Of a DNA stretch of 32,000 nt, positions 23,004 through 32,000 are shown in pieces. Source of the DNA: Xylanibacter ruminicola 23 (lineage in GTDB: Bacteria > Bacteroidota > Bacteroidia > Bacteroidales > Bacteroidaceae); assembly GCF_000025925.1 (NCBI RefSeq), contig NC_014033.1:2730001-2762000 (forward strand), given 5' to 3'. The translations under genes were made by a program, and so were the position numbers. Position 1 is the stretch's first letter. Each line of letters starts with the position of its first letter. Under the pieces are notes generated by a model. That model did no database searches, was not told the origin of the DNA, and was given only the letters and a program-made list of their open reading frames with translations.

Positions 23004-24140
23004 ATGAAAAGATATATTTCTACGCTTTGCATGATGCTGGCGGGTGCCCTGCTGATGACTTCGTGCCTGAAGGACGAGAACGACGACACCACCCAGTATT
23101 ACAACAACACGGCTATTACACAGTTCAAGCTGTCGTGTGTAAATCGTTATGTACATACCACAACTTCGGCAGGTGCGGATTCTGTTTACAAGAAAACGTT
23201 GAGCGACCCTGTTGTATTCACCATCGATCAGGCACAGCGCAAGATATATAATACCGACTCGCTGCCATCGGATGTTGACTTGAACCACGTTCTGGCCACA
23301 ATCAGCAGCCTTAACTCTGGTACGGTGGTAGTAAACTACCCAGATAAGAACGGCGAAGACTCACTGCTCTACTACAGCAGTACCGACTCGATCGACTTTA
23401 CCAAGCTGAAAGACCTGCGTGTATACGCACAGAGCGGTAACAGCTATCGCACTTATGCTGTATCAATCAACGTACACCAGGCCGAGACAAATAAGATGAT
23501 TTGGGAGCAGAAGACTGCTGCCGACCTGCCTACCGATGCTAAGAAAGCCCTTTGGGAACAGAAAGCTGCTGCAGCAGGTATGAAACAGTTGTTAGGCTAT
23601 GGCACAGCCGAGGGATATGCATTTGGCACCGACGGTATGCTGATGGTAAGTAAGGACAACGGCGACACATGGGCTGCAGATATGCTCGACGATGATGCAG
23701 CCTGGCTGCCAACAGATAATATCGCCTTTGCTTCGTGGGCCTTTGCTGCCAACGATTCTACCGATTACCAGATGTTGATAGGCACCAACGACAAGAGCGA
23801 TAAAGCTTGTATGGTATGGCGCAAGATAGCAGAATATGCCCATAACAGTCTGCCTTCAAGATGGGTGCTCATTCCTATCGAGGAATACAGCGGTTACTAT
23901 CTGCCTAAGATGGAGAACCTGAACCTGGTACGCTTTAACAACGTGGTTCTGGCTATCGGCAACGACAAGAACATTTACGTAAGTCGCGATCAGGGCATCA
24001 CCTGGAAAACGACAACGAAATATACATTACCCGATGCTTTGGGCACCAATAATCTCACCGCCATCACCGACGACAACGGCTATCTCTGGCTGGTAGGCAA
24101 GGATACCGGTGAAGTATGGCGAGGCCTTATTATTGAATAA
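23004..24140 (+). CDS. hypothetical surface lipoprotein with two BNR/Asp-box motifs
   Basis: The lipoprotein signal is MKRYISTLCMMLAGALLMTSC followed by LKDENDD. Two SxDxGxTW Asp-boxes are present (SKDNGDTW, SRDQGITW). The ATG at 23004 is preferred to the GTG at 22956, which overlaps the promoter. Confidence 0.8.
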   Translation: MKRYISTLCMMLAGALLMTSCLKDENDDTTQYYNNTAITQFKLSCVNRYVHTTTSAGADSVYKKTLSDPVVFTIDQAQRKIYNTDSLPSDVDLNHVLATISSLNSGTVVVNYPDKNGEDSLLYYSSTDSIDFTKLKDLRVYAQSGNSYRTYAVSINVHQAETNKMIWEQKTAADLPTDAKKALWEQKAAAAGMKQLLGYGTAEGYAFGTDGMLMVSKDNGDTWAADMLDDDAAWLPTDNIAFASWAFAANDSTDYQMLIGTNDKSDKACMVWRKIAEYAHNSLPSRWVLIPIEEYSGYYLPKMENLNLVRFNNVVLAIGNDKNIYVSRDQGITWKTTTKYTLPDALGTNNLTAITDDNGYLWLVGKDTGEVWRGLIIE

Positions 24141-24142
24141 CA

Positions 24143-24799
24143 GTGAAAAAGCTGCTGGCAGTAATCTTCGCACTGGCCATAACGATGGCCGCCTCTGCTC
24201 AGGACGAGCCTGAGTACAAGATGGAGATAGGTGCCGGTGTAGGCTTGGTAAGCTATGTAGGCGACTACAACAGCAATCCACTGAAAGGAATGCAGCCTTG
24301 GCTGGCATTAGTAGCCAAATACCGACTGGATCCACGTGTGGCCATAGCCTTTGATTTAGGCACAGGCAAGCTGAAAGGCAAAGCCGAAACAATAACCAAT
24401 GGCTACGAGTTCAGTCACAATGTAACCGAGGCTGACGTACGATTGGAATACAACTTCTGGCCGTATGGAACAGGTTATGAATACCGAGGCGCAAGGCGCT
24501 TTACACCATTTATCACCATAGGTGCAGGCGCAAGCTTTTATGGCGGACCAGAGAAAGGAGCAACGATGAACATGCCAATAGGCGCAGGCATAAAATATAA
24601 AATAGGCAACAGACTGAACCTGACAGCTGAGTGGGCCATGCGTTTTACGCTGAGCGACAAGCTGGACGGCAGTAAGGATCCCTTAGGCATTAAGAGCAGC
24701 GGCCTGTTTAAGAACACCGATGGCTACAGCGTGCTACAAATAGCACTAACCTACGACCTTTGGGAGAAATGCAAAACGTGTAACAACGATAGATATTAA
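24143..24799 (+). CDS. small outer-membrane beta-barrel protein (DUF6089-like)
   Basis: 218 aa with signal [20 protein letters not shown]. It shows an alternating amphipathic strand pattern and an aromatic C-terminus. The GTG start lies 2 nt after the upstream stop. The family name is from memory. Confidence 0.75.
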   Translation: MKKLLAVIFALAITMAASAQDEPEYKMEIGAGVGLVSYVGDYNSNPLKGMQPWLALVAKYRLDPRVAIAFDLGTGKLKGKAETITNGYEFSHNVTEADVRLEYNFWPYGTGYEYRGARRFTPFITIGAGASFYGGPEKGATMNMPIGAGIKYKIGNRLNLTAEWAMRFTLSDKLDGSKDPLGIKSSGLFKNTDGYSVLQIALTYDLWEKCKTCNNDRY

Positions 24800-24804
24800 G
24801 ATAT

Positions 24805-25548
24805 ATGAAGGAACTTTTAGACATGAACAGGATTCCCCAGCACATTGCCATCATTATGGACGGTAATGGACGTTGGGCCATGGAGCGTGGTAAAGACCGT
24901 AGTTTTGGCCACCAGGCAGGTGTAGACGCAGTGCGCCGCATCACTTCTGAGTGTACCCGACTGGGAGTCAAGTTCTTAACGCTATACACCTTCTCTACGG
25001 AGAACTGGAATCGTCCAGCCGACGAGGTTGCAGCCCTGATGGGACTGGTACTCACATCGCTTGAGGACGAGATCTTCATGAAGAATAACGTACGCTTCCG
25101 CGTGGTGGGCGACCGTTCACGTATCCCCGATACCGTAAACAAGAAGTTGGCCGAGACCGAGGAGCATACTGCCAAGAACGACGCCATGACCATGGTAGTA
25201 GCACTGAGCTACTCATCGAAGCTGGAGCTGACCACAGCTACCAAGCAGATTGCTCAGGAGGTAAAGGAAGGAAAACTGGATGTAAACAGCATTACCGAGG
25301 AGACCATTAACGAACGTTTGTGGACTAATTTCATGCCCGATCCAGAGTTGCTGATCCGTACTGGTGGTGAGATTCGTATATCAAACTATCTGTTGTGGCA
25401 GATTGCCTACTCAGAGCTTTACTTCTGCGATACATACTGGCCCGATTTTATGGAAGAGGACCTGCATAAGGCCATCTATAGTTACCAGAGCCGCCAGCGC
25501 AGATTCGGCAAGACAGAGGCACAGGTAGAGGCCGAAGAGAAAAAGTAA
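24805..25548 (+). CDS. uppS: isoprenyl transferase / undecaprenyl-diphosphate synthase
   Basis: The cis-prenyltransferase motifs [26 protein letters not shown] and [23 protein letters not shown] are present. Confidence 0.96.
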   Translation: MKELLDMNRIPQHIAIIMDGNGRWAMERGKDRSFGHQAGVDAVRRITSECTRLGVKFLTLYTFSTENWNRPADEVAALMGLVLTSLEDEIFMKNNVRFRVVGDRSRIPDTVNKKLAETEEHTAKNDAMTMVVALSYSSKLELTTATKQIAQEVKEGKLDVNSITEETINERLWTNFMPDPELLIRTGGEIRISNYLLWQIAYSELYFCDTYWPDFMEEDLHKAIYSYQSRQRRFGKTEAQVEAEEKK

Positions 25549-25580
25549 AAAGGTAAGAGAGTAATAAAGTAAAAAAGAAA

Positions 25581-28283
25581 GTGACTTATATATATATTAT
25601 AAATAAGGTGAAAGGACTGGTGAAAGGTATCTTACCTGTTTGCCTTTTAACCTTTTTACCTTTCACTGCTTCTGCTCAGGATAAGATTGTAAACCCTGAT
25701 ATCTCGTACGCCGGTACACCTCGTACCTGCGAAATCGGTGGTATCGCAGTTGAGGGTGTTGAGGGATACGAGGATTATGTATTAGCTGGTCTCTCGGGAC
25801 TGACAGTAGGTCAGGAGATTGAGGTGCCCGGTTCGCAGATTACCGAAGCCGTAAAGCGCTACTGGCGTAACGGACTGTTCTCGAAGGTTCAGATTACTGC
25901 CGACTCGATTGTTGGCAACAAAATTTATCTGTGCATTCACTTAGGTATGCGTCCACGTATCAAGACCATCAACTACAACGGTATCAAAAAGGCCGAGCGC
26001 GAGGATATGGAGGCTAAGCTGGGTATGGTTAAGGGTATGAGTTTGACTCGTAACATCATCGACCGTGCCAAGATCTTGGCTAAGAAATACTTCGACGACA
26101 AGGGTTACAAGAATGCCGAGATCGACATCATACAGCATGAGGACGCCTCTGGACAGGTAACACTTGACGTAAACATCGACAAGAAAGACAAAATGAAGGT
26201 ACGCCAGCTGGTGTTCCAGGGTAACGACAAGCTGAAGACTGGCAAGATTAAAGGCTCGCTGTTTGGCAAGGGTGCTTTCGGAAAGATTCACGAAGCAGGT
26301 AAGTTTACCAACTTCTTCAAGGCCAAGAAGTTTACCGACGAGCGCTATAAGGAGGCAAAGCAGGCTCTGATCGACAAATATAACGAGTTAGGTTTCCGCG
26401 ATGCAACCATCGTCGAGGATTCGGTTTATCCTTGCGACGACAAGCACGTAAACATCTTAGTAAAGATCGACGAAGGTGAGAAATACTTTGTACGCGATAT
26501 CACATGGGTAGGTAACACTGTGGTTACAACCGACTACCTGAATGCCGTATTAGGCATGAAGAAGGGTGATGTATATAACCAGAAGCACATCGACAAGCGC
26601 CTGCGTGAAGACGAGGATGCCGCTGGTAACTATTACTATAACAACGGTTATGTTTTCTCGAATATCGACCCTGTTGAGGTAAACATCGACGGAGACTCTA
26701 TCGATATCGAGATGCGTGTAACCGAAGGTCCTCAGGCTCACCTGAACCATGTCCGTATCTATGGTAACGACCGTTTGTACGAAGAGGTGGTACGTCGTGA
26801 GTTGCGCACCAAGCCAGGCGACCTGTTCAACAAGGAGGCACTGACACGTTCGGTACGTGATATCGCATCAATGGGATTCTTTGATCCTGAAAAGGTTGTT
26901 CCAGATATCAAGCCAAACGTTGAGGATGGTTCGGTTGACGTGAACTGGCGCCTGGAGCAGAAGAGTAACGACCAGCTGGAGTTCTCATTAGGTTGGGGAC
27001 AGACCGGTATCATCGGTAAGATTGGTATCAAGTTCAACAACTTCTCTATCCGTAACCTGTTTGGTAAGAACAAACTGCACCGCGGTATTCTGCCTTATGG
27101 CGATGGTGAGCAGCTGGGTTTCAGCTTCCAGACCAATGGTAGCTACTATAGTTCACTGAGTGCCAACTACGGTACCAACTGGTTTGGTGGCAAGCGTCCT
27201 AACAGTTTGAATGTGGGTGTGTTCTACTCTAAGCAGAGCGACATCTCAAGTTACTACCGTAACAATTCATTCTACAACAACTACTACATGTACAGCGGTG
27301 GCTACGGTTCATACAATAATTACTATTACAACTATGAGTCGATGCTCGACGATGATAAGACCATGACCGTATTCGGTGCATCGTTAGGATGGGGTAAGCG
27401 TCTGCGCTGGCCCGACGACTACTTCCAACTGTCGGCACAGCTCGGTTTCTCACGCTACATGCTGCGCGACTGGAGCTACTTCTACATCCACAACGGTAAC
27501 TGTAACAATATCAACCTTGGTTTGACATTGAGTCGTACATCTACCGACAACCAGCTGTTCCCACGTCGTGGTTCAGAGTTCATGGCATCTGTAACCGTTA
27601 CACCACCTTGGTCGCTCTTCGACAATAAGGACTATGCTAATCTGGCCAAGAACTCTAACTCGGCTACCTACGAGGACGAGTTGCAGGACGTTTATCGCTG
27701 GATTGAGTACCACAAGTGGAAGTTTAAGAGTCGCACCTTTACAGCCCTCACAGGCGGTCAGAAGTGCTTTGTGCTGATGACCCGTGTAGAGATGGGACTG
27801 TTAGGCAGCTACAACAGCAATAAGCGCTCACCATTCGAGACCTTCTACGTGGGTGGTGACGGTATGAGCGGATACTCATACGGCTACTCGGAAGAGACCA
27901 TTGGACTGCGCGGATACGAGAATGGATCACTCTCTTACTCTTCGGCCTACGAGACCATGATGAAGGGTGGTACCATCTCATCTTACAACTCTTACGCTTA
28001 CGACCGATTCACACTCGAGCTGCGCTACCCATTCATGCTGGGTAACACTACTATCTACGGACTGGGCTTCCTGGAGGGTGGTAACGCTTGGGCCAACGCC
28101 AAGGACTTCAACCCATTCAAGATGAAGCGTTCGGCAGGTCTCGGTGTTCGTATCTTCCTGCCTATGGTTGGTTTGATGGGTATCGACTGGGCATACGGTT
28201 TCGACAATGTTTACACCAGCCAGTATGGTGCACAGAAGAAGGGCGGAAGCAACTTCCACTTCATTCTCGGTCAGGAATTCTAA
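25581..28283 (+). CDS. bamA: outer-membrane protein assembly factor BamA
   Basis: About 890-900 aa with a signal peptide ending FTASAQ, repeated POTRA-like modules, and a C-terminal Omp85/D15 barrel ending in F. There is no in-frame ATG near the N-terminus. Candidate starts are GTG at 25581, 25608 or 25620. Confidence 0.93.
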   Translation: MTYIYIINKVKGLVKGILPVCLLTFLPFTASAQDKIVNPDISYAGTPRTCEIGGIAVEGVEGYEDYVLAGLSGLTVGQEIEVPGSQITEAVKRYWRNGLFSKVQITADSIVGNKIYLCIHLGMRPRIKTINYNGIKKAEREDMEAKLGMVKGMSLTRNIIDRAKILAKKYFDDKGYKNAEIDIIQHEDASGQVTLDVNIDKKDKMKVRQLVFQGNDKLKTGKIKGSLFGKGAFGKIHEAGKFTNFFKAKKFTDERYKEAKQALIDKYNELGFRDATIVEDSVYPCDDKHVNILVKIDEGEKYFVRDITWVGNTVVTTDYLNAVLGMKKGDVYNQKHIDKRLREDEDAAGNYYYNNGYVFSNIDPVEVNIDGDSIDIEMRVTEGPQAHLNHVRIYGNDRLYEEVVRRELRTKPGDLFNKEALTRSVRDIASMGFFDPEKVVPDIKPNVEDGSVDVNWRLEQKSNDQLEFSLGWGQTGIIGKIGIKFNNFSIRNLFGKNKLHRGILPYGDGEQLGFSFQTNGSYYSSLSANYGTNWFGGKRPNSLNVGVFYSKQSDISSYYRNNSFYNNYYMYSGGYGSYNNYYYNYESMLDDDKTMTVFGASLGWGKRLRWPDDYFQLSAQLGFSRYMLRDWSYFYIHNGNCNNINLGLTLSRTSTDNQLFPRRGSEFMASVTVTPPWSLFDNKDYANLAKNSNSATYEDELQDVYRWIEYHKWKFKSRTFTALTGGQKCFVLMTRVEMGLLGSYNSNKRSPFETFYVGGDGMSGYSYGYSEETIGLRGYENGSLSYSSAYETMMKGGTISSYNSYAYDRFTLELRYPFMLGNTTIYGLGFLEGGNAWANAKDFNPFKMKRSAGLGVRIFLPMVGLMGIDWAYGFDNVYTSQYGAQKKGGSNFHFILGQEF

Positions 28284-28294
28284 ATTATACAGTT

Positions 28295-28810
28295 ATGAAG
28301 AAATTGATTATCTGCGCAATCTGCGCAATCTGTGGTTTCACAAGTATCAACGCCCAGAAGGTGGCAGTGATCGACATGGAGTACATCCTGAAGAATATCC
28401 CAGCCTACGAGCGTGCCAACGAGCAGTTAGGTCAGGTATCAAAGCAGTGGCAGGCTGAGGTTGACGCTCTGAATGCCGAAGCCCAGACACTTTATAAGAA
28501 CTACCAGAACGAGGTGGTGTTCCTCTCGAAGGAACAGAAGAAAGCCAAGCAGGATGCTATCGTTGACAAGGAGAAGCAGGCTGCCGAGCTGAAGAAGCAC
28601 TACTTCGGTCCAGAGGGCGAGCTGTTTAAGAAGCGTACCGCCTTGATGAACCCCATACAGGAAGAGGTTTACAACGTGATTAAAGATATAGCAGAACTGC
28701 GAGGCTATCAGTTGGTACTCGATCGTGCCAGCGATGCCGGTATCATCTTCAGTTCGCCCAAGATTGACATCTCGTCAGAGGTGCTTCGTAAGTTGGGATA
28801 CGCTAACTAA
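28295..28810 (+). CDS. skp: OmpH/Skp-family periplasmic chaperone, paralog 1
   Basis: 171 aa with signal MKKLIICAICAICGFTSINAQ and a coiled-coil K/E/Q-rich body. It lies directly after bamA. The ORF-track start at 28088 overlaps bamA and is rejected. Confidence 0.88.
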   Translation: MKKLIICAICAICGFTSINAQKVAVIDMEYILKNIPAYERANEQLGQVSKQWQAEVDALNAEAQTLYKNYQNEVVFLSKEQKKAKQDAIVDKEKQAAELKKHYFGPEGELFKKRTALMNPIQEEVYNVIKDIAELRGYQLVLDRASDAGIIFSSPKIDISSEVLRKLGYAN

Positions 28811-28858
28811 TTGAGAATTGATAATTGAAAAAATAATAATTAAAAAACAATAAGTAAT

Positions 28859-29362
28859 ATGAAAAAATTGATTATCTGCGCACTTTGCGCTATCTGCGGT
28901 TTCACTACCGCCAATGCACAGGGTAAGTTCGGCCATGTGAACACCCAGGAGATTATGCAGGCCATGCCTGAGTTTACTAAGGCTCAGAACGAGATTAAGG
29001 CACTGCAGGACCAGTATGAGGCTGACCTGAAGAGCATGCAGGACGAACTGCAGAAGAAGGGTGAGGCTTTCGAGAAGGAGCAGGCTTCACTGCCCGAGAA
29101 CATCAAGCAGCGCCGTCAGCAGGAACTGCAGGATATGTATCAGAAGATTCAGCAGAGCTACCAGGACAACCAGCAGGCTTTGCAGAAGGCTTCGGCTGAG
29201 AAGATGCAGGCTATCCAGACCAAGATTCTTGATGCTATCAAGGCCGTAGGTCAGGCTGGTCAGTATGTTTACATCATGGAGAACAACTCGCTGCCTTACA
29301 TCAGCACTACCCTCTCTACCGATGTAACTGCTCAGGTTAAGACAAAGTTAGGTTTGAAGTAA
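28859..29362 (+). CDS. skp: OmpH/Skp-family periplasmic chaperone, paralog 2
   Basis: 167 aa with signal MKKLIICALCAICGFTTANAQ and a Q/E/K-rich coiled-coil body. Confidence 0.88.
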   Translation: MKKLIICALCAICGFTTANAQGKFGHVNTQEIMQAMPEFTKAQNEIKALQDQYEADLKSMQDELQKKGEAFEKEQASLPENIKQRRQQELQDMYQKIQQSYQDNQQALQKASAEKMQAIQTKILDAIKAVGQAGQYVYIMENNSLPYISTTLSTDVTAQVKTKLGLK

Positions 29363-29393
29363 TTCGAAAGTATAACTACCAAATTATAACATC

Positions 29394-29909
29394 ATGAAAC
29401 GATTCCTCGTACTTCTTGTGGCATTCGTATCGCTCAACGCATTTGCACAGGGCGACGCCACATCATCCATCAAGTTTGGCTACCTGAGCTATCAGGCTGC
29501 CATCCAGTCGATGACCGACTACGCGCTGGTTCAGCAGCAGATGGCCGACCTCAAAGCCAAGTATCAGGCAGAGGCCAAGCGTGTAGAAGACGAATTCAAC
29601 AGGAAGTACGAGGAATTTCTTGATGGTCAGCGCGACTTCCCTAAAAGCATTCTGCAGAAGCGTCAGTCTGAGCTTCAGGAGCTGATGCAGCAGAACATCT
29701 TGTTTAAGAACAAGAGCACAAAGGAGCTTGAAGCCGCTGAGAAAGAGGCAATGAATGCCCTCAAGACTCGTCTTAACGAGACGCTTAGCGCCATTGCCCA
29801 GCAACGTGGTCTGGCACTCATTGTCAATACCGACAGCGATGTCTGCCCATTCATCAATCCCGCTCTGGGCGAAGATATCAACGAAATAGTTAAGGATGCT
29901 CTCAAGTAA
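29394..29909 (+). CDS. OmpH/Skp-family periplasmic chaperone, paralog 3
   Basis: 171 aa with signal MKRFLVLLVAFVSLNAFAQ. Size and coiled-coil composition match the two upstream paralogs. Confidence 0.8.
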   Translation: MKRFLVLLVAFVSLNAFAQGDATSSIKFGYLSYQAAIQSMTDYALVQQQMADLKAKYQAEAKRVEDEFNRKYEEFLDGQRDFPKSILQKRQSELQELMQQNILFKNKSTKELEAAEKEAMNALKTRLNETLSAIAQQRGLALIVNTDSDVCPFINPALGEDINEIVKDALK

Positions 29910-30729
29910 TCCAGGACCAATTGGTATTTTTGATAGCGGTTACGGCGGACTCACCATCCTGCATGGCATCCGTCAACTGCTTCCCGAATACGATTATCTT
30001 TATTTGGGCGACAATGCCCGTGCGCCTTATGGACCACGTTCGTTCGACGTGGTTTATGAGTTTACGCGCCAAGCCGTAGTAAAACTGTTTGAGATGGGTT
30101 GCCACCTGGTTATCTTAGGTTGTAACACAGCCTCGGCCAAGGCACTACGCACCATCCAGCAGAACGATCTTCCAAAGATTGATCCCGAACGTCGCGTGTT
30201 GGGTATCATCCGTCCTACAGCCGAGGTGATTGGCGATCTTACCACTTCCAAGCATGTAGGCGTACTAGCCACCGAAGGAACCATCAAGAGTGAGAGCTAC
30301 GACCTTGAAATTCACAAGCTTTTTCCTGACATCAAGGTATCAGGCGTGGCCTGTCCCTTCTGGGTGCCACTGGTAGAATACAACGAGGCCGACTCGCCAG
30401 GTGCCGATTACTTCGTAAAGAAACGCATCGACGAAATCATGCGTAAGGATCCCGACATCGATACCATCATCTTAGGCTGCACCCATTATCCCTTATTGAT
30501 GCCTAAGATTCTGAAGTATCTGCCCGCAGGAGTACGCGTCGTCCCCCAAGGCGAATACGTAGCCGAGAGTTTGAAACAATATTTGGAGCGCCATCCAAAT
30601 ATCGAAGCCAAATGCTCTAAAGGTGCAGGTGTACACTACCTCACCACCGAGAACCCCAACAAGTTCAAGGAACAAGCACAAATCTTCCTCCACGAACCCG
30701 TAGAGGTAGATAACATCACTTTAGGTTAG
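29896..30729 (+). CDS. murI: glutamate racemase
   Basis: The motifs IGIFDSGYGGLT, LGCNTASA and LGCTHYPLL (both catalytic Cys blocks) are present. It overlaps the upstream gene by 14 nt. Confidence 0.95.
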   Translation: MLSSNPGPIGIFDSGYGGLTILHGIRQLLPEYDYLYLGDNARAPYGPRSFDVVYEFTRQAVVKLFEMGCHLVILGCNTASAKALRTIQQNDLPKIDPERRVLGIIRPTAEVIGDLTTSKHVGVLATEGTIKSESYDLEIHKLFPDIKVSGVACPFWVPLVEYNEADSPGADYFVKKRIDEIMRKDPDIDTIILGCTHYPLLMPKILKYLPAGVRVVPQGEYVAESLKQYLERHPNIEAKCSKGAGVHYLTTENPNKFKEQAQIFLHEPVEVDNITLG

Positions 30730-31627
30730 TTTTCTTATTTCGTGGATGATGCTCTAAGATTTCTTGTCTTAGGGTTGAAGTATCTATGTGGGTATAGATT
30801 TCTGTCGTACCGATATCTTCGTGACCTAAAAGGGCTTGGATAAAGCGAAGGTCGGCGCCGCCTTCGAGCAAGGCAGTGGCAAAGGAGTGACGCAAGGTAT
30901 GGGGAGATATCGTTTTTTGAATACGGGCTTCTTTGGCCTGGGCTTTGATCATAATGAGAATCATGGTGCGAGTAAGATGGGCACCGCGACGATTCAGGAA
31001 CACATAGTCTTCCTCGCCAGGCTTAATCTTCATCAAGTTACGAACATTAAACCAAAAACGCAGTTCCTGAATGGCCTTGGGCGAGATAGGCACCAAACGT
31101 TCCTTGGAGCCTTTACCCAGCACACGCACATACTCTTCGTCGAGATAAAGATCGGAAAGTTTGAGGTTAACCAACTCGCTGACACGTAAGCCACACGAAA
31201 AGAGCACCTCAATGATTGCACGATTGCGATGCCCTTCCCATTTGGAAAGGTCGATGCTTTCTTCGAGGCGGTCAACCTCCTGTGTGGTGAGCACCTCGGG
31301 CAGATGGTCGCCAATCTGTGGCGACTCCAACAATTCGGTAGGATCGTCATCACGATAGCCATCCAACTGTACAAACTTAAAGAAGCTACGGATACCACTC
31401 AGAATGCGACATTGCGAACGAGGATGAATACCGATATCATGCAAACTGGCCGAGAAATGTTCCAAATCGGCTAACGTCACATCGCTTATAGCAAGCTGCT
31501 CATGTTCGAGATAGTCAAGCAATTTACGCAAGTCGCGCTGATAGGCATCGAGCGTATTACCCGACATATTACGTTGCAGCTTCAGATAGCGTACATAAGC
31601 CTTTACAATGCCCTTTTGGTCAATCAT
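30716..31627 (-). CDS. xerD: site-specific tyrosine recombinase XerD (chromosome dimer resolution)
   Basis: It has an N-terminal SAM-like core-binding domain. The catalytic residues lie in GLRVSEL, HTLRHSFATALLEGGADLRFIQALLGHEDIGTTEIYTH. The ATG at 31627 is preferred to the GTG at 31633. The divergent aroQ neighbour is a common housekeeping arrangement. Confidence 0.9.
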   Translation of the reverse strand: MIDQKGIVKAYVRYLKLQRNMSGNTLDAYQRDLRKLLDYLEHEQLAISDVTLADLEHFSASLHDIGIHPRSQCRILSGIRSFFKFVQLDGYRDDDPTELLESPQIGDHLPEVLTTQEVDRLEESIDLSKWEGHRNRAIIEVLFSCGLRVSELVNLKLSDLYLDEEYVRVLGKGSKERLVPISPKAIQELRFWFNVRNLMKIKPGEEDYVFLNRRGAHLTRTMILIMIKAQAKEARIQKTISPHTLRHSFATALLEGGADLRFIQALLGHEDIGTTEIYTHIDTSTLRQEILEHHPRNKKTNLK

Positions 31628-31643
31628 TTGCACAAATTTGGTG

Positions 31644-31651
31644 CAAAGTTA
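31644..31651 (-). promoter_or_regulatory. -7 promoter box TAACTTTG (minus strand) for xerD
   Basis: The plus strand reads CAAAGTTA, 17 nt upstream of the ATG at 31627, implying a short leader. Confidence 0.4.
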
Positions 31652-31683
31652 GTATTTTTTTCTAATATATAGAAAAATATTTG

Positions 31684-31691
31684 TAACTTTG
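31684..31691 (+). promoter_or_regulatory. -7 promoter box TAACTTTG for aroQ
   Basis: TAnnTTTG+CA, 28 nt before the ATG at 31719. Confidence 0.5.
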
Positions 31692-31718
31692 CAGCCGTAT
31701 TAATACAAAGTTACAAAA

Positions 31719-32000
31719 ATGAAGATTCTGATTATCAATGGTCCGAACCTGAACTTGTTGGGCCAGAGAGAGCCAGGCATCTATGGTTCGTCGTCGTTCG
31801 ACGCATACCTGCCTGAGTTGCGTAAGCGCTTTGCCGACATCGACATCGAGTACTATCAGAGCAACGTAGAGGGCGAGCTGATTAACAAGATGCAAGAGGT
31901 TGGCTTTAGCTACGACGGCATTGTTCTGAATGCTGGCGCCTACACCCACACCTCTATAGCTCTGCAGGACTGTATCCGTTCGCTCAAGGCACCTGTGATC
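31719..32000 (+). CDS. aroQ: type II 3-dehydroquinate dehydratase, N-terminal 94 aa; the gene continues past the window end
   Basis: My own translation reads MKILIINGPNLNLLGQREPGIYGSSSFD...YQSNVEGELINKMQE...GIVLNAGAYTHTSIALQD, which is the classic AroQ signature. It is absent from the ORF track because no stop falls within the window. Confidence 0.92.
   Translation, partial: MKILIINGPNLNLLGQREPGIYGSSSFDAYLPELRKRFADIDIEYYQSNVEGELINKMQEVGFSYDGIVLNAGAYTHTSIALQDCIRSLKAPVI

Noticed and set aside
28088-28294. N-terminal extension of the first skp ORF, overlapping about 200 nt of bamA
   Set aside because: The extension is out of frame with bamA and has no signal peptide. The internal ATG at 28295 gives a canonical MKKLIICAICAICGF signal 12 nt after the bamA stop.
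30716-30729. 14-bp convergent overlap of the murI and xerD 3' ends, with no terminator between them
   Set aside because: It is real in the sequence, but short tail-to-tail overlaps are common in compact genomes. Nothing indicates regulation beyond possible antisense read-through.
30716-31627. A tyrosine recombinase as a possible marker of an integrated mobile element
   Set aside because: Its sequence and size fit housekeeping XerD. It sits divergent to aroQ, with murI on the other side, and there are no flanking repeats, cargo, excisionase or compositional shift.

Overview
The window looks like a chromosomal segment from a Bacteroidota genome, probably Prevotellaceae or Segatella-like. This is inferred from TAnnTTTG(CA) -7 promoter boxes before most transcription units, a SusC/SusD pair, lipoproteins with acidic residues after the lipobox Cys, and about 48% GC. 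All gene calls come from reading the supplied translations and recalling family motifs; no database search was run.

Gene content, in order:
- 3' end of an unknown gene, then tRNA-Pro(CGG).
- korAB (2-oxoacid:ferredoxin oxidoreductase) and a DASS/SLC13 anion symporter.
- upp on the minus strand.
- A fructan utilisation locus at 6925-20691: sugar-binding/AraC regulator, SusC, SusD, a DUF4960-like surface lipoprotein and a surface GH32, then a terminator and new promoter, then a periplasmic GH32, an MFS sugar transporter and a PfkB fructokinase.
- pckA.
- A small stand-alone promoter, 31-codon ORF and terminator cassette.
- An envelope-biogenesis cluster: BNR lipoprotein, small OM beta-barrel, uppS, bamA, three skp/ompH paralogs and murI.
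- xerD on the minus strand and the 5' part of aroQ.

I found no CRISPR array, transposase, phage, defence or toxin-antitoxin genes, so most of the window is ordinary core genome.

The items most worth a second look are:
1. The locus regulator joins a periplasmic sugar-binding domain to an AraC HTH through one TM helix and a Pro/Ala/Gln linker. It has no histidine-kinase or receiver module.
2. An inverted repeat, ATCGTTCAT...(GC)AATGAACGA, occurs upstream of both transcription units of the locus.
3. The unannotated small hydrophobic ORF cassette downstream of pckA.
4. A near-identical Cys-rich signal-peptide coding segment is reused by unrelated exported proteins.
5. Several long perfect palindromes and nested hairpins lie in intergenic DNA.
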